Positions 35,537 through 42,114 of a stretch of DNA of 42,114 nucleotides are shown piece by piece. Below the pieces are notes generated by a model. The model saw only the letters and a list, made by a program, of their open reading frames with translations. It ran no database searches and was not told where the DNA came from. Numbering within the stretch: position 1 is the first letter of the stretch; each line of letters begins with the position of its first letter. The DNA lies in the IMG/VR virus record IMGVR_UViG_2585427728_000007. One strand, 5' to 3'. Made by a program: the position numbers and the translations under genes. The stretch is from a virus (lineage: Duplodnaviria > Heunggongvirae > Uroviricota > Caudoviricetes).

Positions 35537-36505
35537 ATGAGTGAAGTAACAGATTTAGTTGTTATTGAAAAAGCAAATGCAATGACTGTATTTCAGTCTG
35601 CCGACCAGATTGAAGAAATCCTTCAAAAGGTTGAACGTGAAGTTATGTCCTTTGTGCCTGATATCACAACGGCAAAGGGCAGAAAGGAGATCGCTTCTCT
35701 GGCGTATAAAGTTGCGCAGACGAAAACATATCTCGATGGTCTTGGAAAAGACCTTGTTGCTGAACTGAAGGAAATTCCAAAGCTAATTGATGCCAACCGC
35801 AAGACAGTGCGTGATCGCCTTGATGAGCTGAAATCCAAGGCACGCCAGCCTCTTACTGATTATGAGGAGGAACAGGCACGGATTAAAGCCGAAGAAGAAG
35901 CTAAGGCAGCAGCTGAAGCTCTCGCAAAGCAAATTGAGTCTGACCATGAAATAGCTATTTTGATGGATTGCGAATTTGACCGCCAAAGAGAAGAGGCAAG
36001 ACTCAAAGCGGAGCAGGAAAAGCGAGAGCATGAAGAACGCTTAAAAAGAGAAGCTGAAGAGAAAGCCAGAGCAGAAGCCGAAGCAAAGGCAAAAGCCGAA
36101 ATTGAAGCAGCAGCAAGGCGAGAAGCAGAAGCTAAGGCCGCAGCGGAACGTGCAGAGCGTGAACGTATTGAAGCCGAGCAACGAGCACAGCGCGAAGCAA
36201 AAGAGGCAGCAGAACGAGCTGAAAGAGAAAAGCAGGCGGCAATTGAAGCAGAACGCCGAAAAGCACAGGAGGAGGCTGAACGAATCCGGCGCGAGGCTGA
36301 AGCAAAAGAGCAAGCCAGAATAGCAGAAGAAAAAAGAATCAAGGAAGAAGAAGAGTGTAGAGCAAAGGATAAAGCTCACCGGAAAGAAGTAAATAACAAA
36401 ATACTTGCTGACCTTATCAAGGTTGGCGCATCAGAAGATGTTGCTAAAAATATCATAACAGCCATCGTAAAAGGCGAAGTATTCGCAACAAAAATAACCT
36501 ACTAA
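35537..36505 (+). CDS. Hypothetical charged coiled-coil protein (TolA-like Ala/Glu/Lys/Arg-rich repeat region)
   Basis: Start taken at ATG 35537 (MSEVTDLVVIEK...) with GGAGG; the longer ORF-track start would translate through the terminator; about 200 aa of AEAKAKAEIEAAARREAEAKAAAERAERE-type low-complexity helix. Confidence 0.55.
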   Translation: MSEVTDLVVIEKANAMTVFQSADQIEEILQKVEREVMSFVPDITTAKGRKEIASLAYKVAQTKTYLDGLGKDLVAELKEIPKLIDANRKTVRDRLDELKSKARQPLTDYEEEQARIKAEEEAKAAAEALAKQIESDHEIAILMDCEFDRQREEARLKAEQEKREHEERLKREAEEKARAEAEAKAKAEIEAAARREAEAKAAAERAERERIEAEQRAQREAKEAAERAEREKQAAIEAERRKAQEEAERIRREAEAKEQARIAEEKRIKEEEECRAKDKAHRKEVNNKILADLIKVGASEDVAKNIITAIVKGEVFATKITY

Positions 36506-37052
36506 TAAAACCAACATAAGGAACCACCCATGATTTACGCAATCGCGGGAGGCGCTCGCATGGGTGCCTTCCAATTAAATGAATCTTTACTTGAACGAAT
36601 CACCCGTAAATTACGTGACGGATGGAAAAGAGTTGAGGTCTTATTATGCGCAATGAAATAGCCATCAATCACCAGATGCTTCGTGCTGCACAGAACAAAG
36701 CAGTAATAGCCAGATTTATTGGTGATTCAAAAATGTGGCTTGAAGCAAATAAAGCGATGAAATCAGCTATCAACCTTCCGTGGTATCGCAGGAAATGAGT
36801 TTTACAGATAACTGGTCAGACGAAGAATTCATTCGTCAGATGAAAGAATTAATCGGTAACGAAGGAGATATTCATGTCACTTGCAACCACAGTGAAGGAG
36901 AGCAAGTTACAGAGACGCATGTACACGCAGAAAGCTCTCTGGTATCGCCATAATGGCGACCGCGAAGGAATGCGGGTATGCCTTAATTTGTCCCGAGTCG
37001 AAGTATTAAATCAGCGTTATTTCCTTGGGCCGTGTCCATTCTGAGGTGAATT

Positions 37053-37760
37053 ATGGATTTGAACAAATTCGATGATCCATTCAGCCCTGAAGATATCGAA
37101 TGGCGAATACAGCAAAGCGGTAAAACACGCGATGGCAAGGTGTGGGCTATGGTGCTGGCTTATGTCACGAACCGGGCAATCATGAAACGCCTGGACGATG
37201 TTTGCGGCAAAGCAGGATGGCGCAATGAATACCGCGATATTCCCAACAACGGCGGCGTTGAATGCGGCATATCAATAAAGATTGATTCCGAATGGGTAAC
37301 CAAATGGGATGCTGCTGAAAACACGCAGGTAGAAGCCGTCAAAGGTGGTCGTTCCGGTGCAATGAAGCGCGCTGCCGTTCAGTGGGGAATCGGTCGGTAT
37401 CTGTATAACCTTGAGGAAGGTTTCGCACAAACATCTCTCGATAAAAAGCAGGGGTGGCACAGGGCAAAACTGAAGGATGGAACAGGATTTTACTGGCTCC
37501 CTCCATCGCTGCCAGGATGGGCAATCCCAGCATCAGATAACAAACCATCACCAGAAAATACCAACCAGAAATCTCCATCGGTTGACTGCGAACAAATCCT
37601 GAAAGACTTCAGCGATTATGCATCAACAGAAACTGACAAGAAAAAACTCATCGAGCGTTATCAGCGTGACTGGCAATTAATGGCTGGCAACGAGGAGGCG
37701 CAGGCTAAATGCGTTCAGGTAATGAACATCAGAGTTAACGAACTAAAACAGGCGGCATAA
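37053..37760 (+). CDS. Single-strand annealing protein, Rad52/Sak-like
   Basis: 235 aa; ...KGGRSGAMKRAAVQWGIGRYLYNL... resembles the conserved hairpin-helix region of Rad52-family annealases; immediately followed by ssb. Confidence 0.6.
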   Translation: MDLNKFDDPFSPEDIEWRIQQSGKTRDGKVWAMVLAYVTNRAIMKRLDDVCGKAGWRNEYRDIPNNGGVECGISIKIDSEWVTKWDAAENTQVEAVKGGRSGAMKRAAVQWGIGRYLYNLEEGFAQTSLDKKQGWHRAKLKDGTGFYWLPPSLPGWAIPASDNKPSPENTNQKSPSVDCEQILKDFSDYASTETDKKKLIERYQRDWQLMAGNEEAQAKCVQVMNIRVNELKQAA

Positions 37761-38234
37761 ATGGGAAGTAGAGGCGTAAATAAGGTGATCATTATTGGTC
37801 GCCTTGGGCATGATCCAGAAATCAGATATTCACCATCAGGAACGGCATTTGCAAACCTTACAGTTGCTACGTCAGAACAATGGCGTGATAAGCAAACTGG
37901 AGAGCAAAAGGAGCAGACGGAGTGGCACCGTGTGGTAATGAGCGGGAAACTGGCAGAAATTGCCAGCGAATATCTGCGAAAAGGCTCTGAGGTTTATCTT
38001 GAAGGAAAATTGCGGACAAGAAAATGGCAGGATCAAAGCGGGCAGGATCGGTTCACTACCGAAGTCATCGTGGGCGTTGGTGGAACCATGCAAATGCTTG
38101 GTGGCAAGCAAGGAGGCAATGAACAGTCTTCACCTCAGCGAAATGACGGTCAGCAACAAAGACAGCAACCTCAGCAGCAAGGGAATCACAGCGAACCACC
38201 TATGAACTTCGACGATTCGGATATTCCGTTCTAG
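37761..38234 (+). CDS. ssb: Single-stranded DNA-binding protein
   Basis: 157 aa; OB-fold N-terminus ([18 protein letters not shown]...), Gly/Gln-rich linker and acidic tail ending DDSDIPF. Confidence 0.9.
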   Translation: MGSRGVNKVIIIGRLGHDPEIRYSPSGTAFANLTVATSEQWRDKQTGEQKEQTEWHRVVMSGKLAEIASEYLRKGSEVYLEGKLRTRKWQDQSGQDRFTTEVIVGVGGTMQMLGGKQGGNEQSSPQRNDGQQQRQQPQQQGNHSEPPMNFDDSDIPF

Positions 38235-38243
38235 GAGCTGAAT

Positions 38244-38723
38244 ATGAAAATCTGCTCAAGATGCCATCAACAGAAGGAAGAAAGGGACTTTCAAATCAGA
38301 AGAGCATCCAGAGATGGATTAACTGCCGCTTGCCGGGCTTGCCTGGCTGAATACGACAAAGAGCGCGCGGGATTGCCACATCGAGTATCAGCAAGGAGAG
38401 AATATCAATCATCGGAACTCGGCAGAGAACGGTGTAACGCAGCCAAAAAGCGGTTCATTCAGAGCAACCCATGGAAAAGAAAAGCCCACATCATCGTGGG
38501 TAATTTTTTGCGCGACGGTAAGCTAATCCGACCACCACAATGTGAGTGCTGCGGATCAGAATGTAAACCACAGGCGCACCACTGCGACTACAGCAAACCA
38601 ACCGATGTGATGTGGCTCTGCAAGTCATGTCATGTCGAGTGGCACAAACATAACAAACCTATCTACCCAGACGAGGAGCCAGTAACTCTCCCCTTCCCTC
38701 GTCACGCTATTCACGCAATTTAA
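38244..38723 (+). CDS. Zinc-finger protein, possible HNH-type nuclease
   Basis: 159 aa; N-terminal CxxC...CxxC and C-terminal CECCGSEC...HHCDY...CKSCHVEWH arrangement; sits between ssb and the exonuclease. Confidence 0.45.
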   Translation: MKICSRCHQQKEERDFQIRRASRDGLTAACRACLAEYDKERAGLPHRVSARREYQSSELGRERCNAAKKRFIQSNPWKRKAHIIVGNFLRDGKLIRPPQCECCGSECKPQAHHCDYSKPTDVMWLCKSCHVEWHKHNKPIYPDEEPVTLPFPRHAIHAI

Positions 38724-38731
38724 GGACTTAC

Positions 38732-39280
38732 ATGAATCACTTAATGGTTGACCTTGAAACAATGGGCAACGGGCCATATGCGCCAGTTATTTCTATTGGG
38801 GCGGTATTCTTTGACCCGAATACCGGAGAAACAGGAGAAGAGTTCTCGGTAAATATCTCGCTTGAGTCATCAATGCGATATCGGGCGCGTCCTGACGCTT
38901 CAACGATTTTATGGTGGATGGAACAGAGTGAAGAAGCCAGAAAATCGCTAACCAGCAACACTCAAGAGCTTTCAACGGCTCTTTCATGGTTATCTGAATT
39001 CATCATAAAGAACGCCAACCACAAACTCGTTCAGGTTTGGGGGAATGGAGCATCATTTGACTGCGTTATTCTCCGCAACAGTTATTCGCTGACAGGGCAG
39101 CCAGTTCCGTGGCAGTGGTGGAATGACCGCGACGTAAGAACAATCGTCGAACTTGGGAAGGCAATAGGATTCGACCCTAAGCGAGATATGCCATTCAAAG
39201 GAACTCGCCACAACGCGCTTGATGATGCCATCCACCAAGCCAAATACGTTTCAGCGATCTGGAAAAAGTTAGCTAAATAA
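38732..39280 (+). CDS. 3'-5' exonuclease (DEDDh / DnaQ-like fold)
   Basis: 182 aa; Exo I motif MVDLETMG (Asp, Glu) and Exo III motif HNALDDA (His, Asp). Confidence 0.7.
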   Translation: MNHLMVDLETMGNGPYAPVISIGAVFFDPNTGETGEEFSVNISLESSMRYRARPDASTILWWMEQSEEARKSLTSNTQELSTALSWLSEFIIKNANHKLVQVWGNGASFDCVILRNSYSLTGQPVPWQWWNDRDVRTIVELGKAIGFDPKRDMPFKGTRHNALDDAIHQAKYVSAIWKKLAK

Positions 39281-39296
39281 TCAACAGGAGAAAACC

Positions 39297-39593
39297 ATGC
39301 CAGCGCCTCTATATGGTGCGGACGACGCGCGCCGCTGTTCCGGCAATTCCGTATCGGAGGTGCTGGATAAATTCAGGAAAAACTACGACCGGATAATGTC
39401 GCTACCGCAGGAAACGAAAGAGGAAAAGGAATTTCGCCATTGTATATGGCTTGCAGAGAAAGAAGAACGCGAGCGAATTTACCAGACATCAATCCGACCA
39501 TTCCGCAAAGCCACATATACCCACTTCCCTGAATATATCGACCCGCGCCTGCGTAATTACCGCTCACGCTATGGCGCTATCAGTAATGACTGA
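39297..39593 (+). CDS. Hypothetical protein
   Basis: 98 aa ORF with AGGAG Shine-Dalgarno. Confidence 0.45.
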   Translation: MPAPLYGADDARRCSGNSVSEVLDKFRKNYDRIMSLPQETKEEKEFRHCIWLAEKEERERIYQTSIRPFRKATYTHFPEYIDPRLRNYRSRYGAISND

Positions 39594-39603
39594 GGAATTT
39601 ACC

Positions 39604-39771
39604 ATGAGAGGACTTGCATACAATCCCGGCATTCTTCCGGTAGAAATGATTATTCGCCAACGCGTAAAGCCAATGCCATCGAGAGAGGAATTGCTTAAGA
39701 GAAATTCTTTTCCATCAGTAAATCAAAACAAATATCTGAATGCGATGTGGCGCAAAGGAGGCAACCAGTGA
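39604..39771 (+). CDS. Hypothetical small protein
   Basis: 55 aa ([15 protein letters not shown]...), GAGGAA before the ATG; stop overlaps the GTG start of the next gene. Confidence 0.35.
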   Translation: MRGLAYNPGILPVEMIIRQRVKPMPSREELLKRNSFPSVNQNKYLNAMWRKGGNQ

Positions 39772-40112
39772 GCAAGATTGACTATCAGGCACTGCGTGAG
39801 TTAGCAAAACAGGCAACACAAGGCGAATGGGTCGCATTTATTTCGCCGGGTACTGGTACGTATGCGGTGCATACGCCCGGTGATAAACGATGTGAAGACG
39901 TTATCAAATGGACCGGCTTTGATGGACAGAAAAACGCAGAGAACAACGCTCGTTATATCGCAGCTTTCAACCCTGAAGTAGTGCAGGCGTTGCTGGACGA
40001 GCTGGAAGCCAAAGACAAGCGGATTGCTGACATGGAGGCGCGGGAGGTTGTACTGCCGCGTGCGCACGATGTTCACCCATTAGGGCCGCAGTCGGCGAAA
40101 ATTTTTTGTTAG
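39768..40112 (+). CDS. Ead/Ea22-like protein
   Basis: Start taken at GTG 39768 after AGGAGG; ...[33 protein letters not shown]...[31 protein letters not shown]... resembles the Ead/Ea22 family of lambdoid early-left proteins. Confidence 0.55.
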   Translation: MSKIDYQALRELAKQATQGEWVAFISPGTGTYAVHTPGDKRCEDVIKWTGFDGQKNAENNARYIAAFNPEVVQALLDELEAKDKRIADMEAREVVLPRAHDVHPLGPQSAKIFC

Positions 40113-40194
40113 CTTCACCGGAGTATCGTGAACAGATGCGCCGATGAGATTCGCAAGGTTGGCGTCAAAGTCAGCATCAAGGGGAATTAGGGAT

Positions 40195-41079
40195 ATGGCT
40201 GAACTAACCAAAGAATGGCTGAAGCAAACTATCGCTGAATACGAAGCCAATCGTGATGAATTACCGTTTGGACTGGATACCAACAGTGCCATTGAGCTTC
40301 AGACGTTCAAGTTGGCGCTGGCATCGCTGGAAGCAGAACCGGTTGCAGTAAACGACGACATGGCTTACGCATTCCATCACGCATTGTCAGATTCATCGCT
40401 AGGCGCTGATGAAGTAGAGGAAATTAAGGCCGGTTTGCGTGCTGCCTTTGCCAACGTCACTACCCAACCAGAGCCGGTAGTGCCGGATGAAATCGAGCCA
40501 GACGATAGCAATACGTTTGATTATGTTGATGGCTGGAACGCCTGCCGCGCCGCCATGCTTCAGTCAGGAAACTTTCGGGAAAACAAGAATTCGTCAACCA
40601 ATAATTTTCGGGAAATCGCGGAAACGTCAACCAACTATCCGGTAATTCCTAGTGAGGTATTGTCCGCAATCCTGAAGGTTGCCAAGATTCGTGCCGATTT
40701 CGATGATTTTGACGGTGACAGGCGAGGTATCGGTGATTGTCTGGATGAGGCTGAGCAAGAGCTTATCGTTACCATTAACAAATATGCCAGTCAGTTGGCA
40801 GCAGAACCGATAGCGACTAATGACGTTCGAGAGCAAACAGCCGTTCCGCCAGTGCCGGTAACTCCGGATGGTTGGATAAACTGTAGTGATCGAATGCCGG
40901 AAGACACCAAAATGTTACTGGCATTTAGTCAAGGTCAAATAGTGGCAGCATATTGGAACTGGGTAATGAGTCCAATTGATTACAAAAAATATAGAGCTTT
41001 CACATATTTATCAGGAAATATCTTGGATGACGTAACCCACTGGATGCCACTACCTGAACCGCCGCAGGAGGCAAAATGA
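40195..41079 (+). CDS. Hypothetical protein with C-terminal DUF551-like domain
   Basis: Start taken at ATG 40195 (MAELTKEWLKQ...); C-terminal ...GWINCSDRMPEDTKMLLAFSQGQIVAAYWNW... resembles the DUF551 domain common in lambdoid prophages. Confidence 0.55.
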   Translation: MAELTKEWLKQTIAEYEANRDELPFGLDTNSAIELQTFKLALASLEAEPVAVNDDMAYAFHHALSDSSLGADEVEEIKAGLRAAFANVTTQPEPVVPDEIEPDDSNTFDYVDGWNACRAAMLQSGNFRENKNSSTNNFREIAETSTNYPVIPSEVLSAILKVAKIRADFDDFDGDRRGIGDCLDEAEQELIVTINKYASQLAAEPIATNDVREQTAVPPVPVTPDGWINCSDRMPEDTKMLLAFSQGQIVAAYWNWVMSPIDYKKYRAFTYLSGNILDDVTHWMPLPEPPQEAK

Positions 41080-41336
41080 TGGATGTAAAAGAGAAGGTTT
41101 TGCAGGTGATGCGTTCCCGTTCTGCCCTGCAAGAGAAAGCTCTCGGCGGGGAATATCCATTCACGATAGCAACCTGGAATCTGCGGTTGGCAATGGAGAA
41201 GGAATTTCCTGATGAAGAATGGCGTTCGGCAGATTTGCGCAAAATTCTTATGGAGCTGGCTAAAGACGGAGCAGTATCCAAAGATACCTATGCCAGCCGG
41301 ATTGGTCAGGCGGTATGGAGACTGGAGGTGCGGTAA
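41076..41336 (+). CDS. Hypothetical protein
   Basis: 86 aa ORF; ATGA overlap with the upstream gene. Confidence 0.45.
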   Translation: MMDVKEKVLQVMRSRSALQEKALGGEYPFTIATWNLRLAMEKEFPDEEWRSADLRKILMELAKDGAVSKDTYASRIGQAVWRLEVR

Positions 41337-41405
41337 TGGCTAACCTGCAACTTGCCGTCAAAGGTGAATAACAATCCTCGCATTCGCGGGGATTTCTTTT
41401 ATCTG

Positions 41406-41429
41406 AACTCGCTACGGCGAGTTTTATTT
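41406..41429 (+). terminator. Rho-independent terminator
   Basis: ACTCGC-TACG-GCGAGT followed by TTTTATTTT. Confidence 0.5.
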
Positions 41430-41443
41430 TATGGAGACAAGAA

Positions 41444-41788
41444 ATGTCAGATTTGGCTATGAAGGTTTTGAAATGGCAATCGACTGGCGATGTTGGCATC
41501 AGTAGCGCAACTCTTGCCTCAATCGCATGTGGACTGAAAAAGAATATCTATGGTCATCACTTCGGCGCTCCCCATGACGCAGCCGATTTCAGACGATGCG
41601 TTGCACTTGTTGAGCAGATCCCAGAAATCAGAGATTCATTCGACAAGGTTGCAAAGCGCGTTCCGGCATTCAAAGGCATCCTCAACGAATGGGATTCCCT
41701 CGTTGATCTGTTGAAGTCTGAAATGAAGATACACGGAAACAAAGCACCAGAGACTTACAGAAGAATTAGCGAGTTACGCAAGGACTAA
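41444..41788 (+). CDS. Hypothetical protein
   Basis: 114 aa ORF with GGAGACAAGAA before the ATG. Confidence 0.45.
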   Translation: MSDLAMKVLKWQSTGDVGISSATLASIACGLKKNIYGHHFGAPHDAADFRRCVALVEQIPEIRDSFDKVAKRVPAFKGILNEWDSLVDLLKSEMKIHGNKAPETYRRISELRKD

Positions 41789-41793
41789 CCACA

Positions 41794-41822
41794 GCCTCAC
41801 ACTCGATGAGGCATTTTCATTT
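41794..41822 (+). terminator. Rho-independent terminator (first of a tandem pair before the xis-like gene)
   Basis: GCCTCA-(7 nt loop)-TGAGGC followed by ATTTTCATTT. Confidence 0.5.
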
Positions 41823-41847
41823 ATCAAGATATCCAGACCTACCATCG

Positions 41848-41868
41848 CCGCATCAATGCGGTTTTTTT
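41848..41868 (+). terminator. Rho-independent terminator (second of the pair)
   Basis: CCGCA-TCAA-TGCGG followed by TTTTTTT. Confidence 0.55.
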
Positions 41869-41913
41869 ATTGCCTGATTTGCAGGTTCGATTCCCTATTC
41901 GGAGATAGCACTC

Positions 41914-42114
41914 ATGCAACACGAACTACAGCCTGATTCACTGGTTGATTTGAAATTCATCATGGCCGATACTGGCTTCGGTAAAACCTTCATCTATGAC
42001 CGGATTAAGTCCGGCGACCTGCCTAAAGCCAAAGTTATCCACGGTCGAGCAAGATGGTTATATCGTGACCATTGTGAATTCAAAAATAAGCTCTTAAGCC
42101 GCGCCAATGGGTAA
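41914..42114 (+). CDS. AlpA/Xis-like DNA-binding protein (excisionase-type regulator)
   Basis: 66 aa; ...LKFIMADTGFGKTFIYDRIKSGDLPKAKVIHGRARWLYRD... matches the AlpA-family helix-turn-helix found with P4-type integrases; stop codon is the last three bases of the window. Confidence 0.7.
   Translation: MQHELQPDSLVDLKFIMADTGFGKTFIYDRIKSGDLPKAKVIHGRARWLYRDHCEFKNKLLSRANG

Noticed and set aside
35860-36379. Minus-strand ORFs (160 and 112 aa, Ser/Ala/Cys/Phe-rich) opposite the coiled-coil gene
   Set aside because: Mirror-image products of the repetitive GAA/GCA-rich coding strand; the plus-strand coiled-coil gene has a ribosome-binding site and fits the operon.
41884-41894. Complete tRNA gene near the right end
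   Set aside because: Only the 11 nt T-arm consensus is present; no acceptor stem, anticodon arm or CCA end can be folded from the flanking sequence.

Overview
The window reads as a complete or near-complete temperate phage genome (42.1 kb), most likely from an enterobacterial host. All calls are from reading the six-frame translations and the DNA by eye; no database search, GC calculation or folding was run. Layout: a P4-type integrase at nt 1; an IS3-family remnant; then, on the minus strand, a contractile-tail (Mu-like) morphogenesis module running from tail fibre assembly back to terminase (1.7-22.2 kb); a lambda-type lysis cassette (S, R, Rz/Rz1); two phage-encoded tRNAs and an HNH homing endonuclease; Q antiterminator with pR'/tR'; a lambda-like nin region; a DnaB-type helicase and an O-like initiator carrying six phased iterons; cII and cro. 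The immunity region has cI on the plus strand with TTTATC-N5-GATAAA operators on both sides. The plus-strand early-left arm carries a P22-type N with GACAA-loop boxB sites, a recombination module (Rad52-like annealase, SSB, DEDDh exonuclease) and an AlpA/Xis-like gene that ends exactly at the last base. The most interesting candidates for an undescribed system are (1) an AT-rich two-gene cassette immediately downstream of cI, at the position rexAB occupies in lambda, encoding a novel soluble protein and a C-terminally membrane-anchored coiled-coil protein; (2) a moron inserted between baseplate genes encoding a small membrane protein and a secreted protein, each with its own terminator; and (3) an AT-rich block of unknown early genes just downstream of N. 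A probable -1 frameshift site in the tail assembly chaperone and several small genes missed by the ORF track are also reported.
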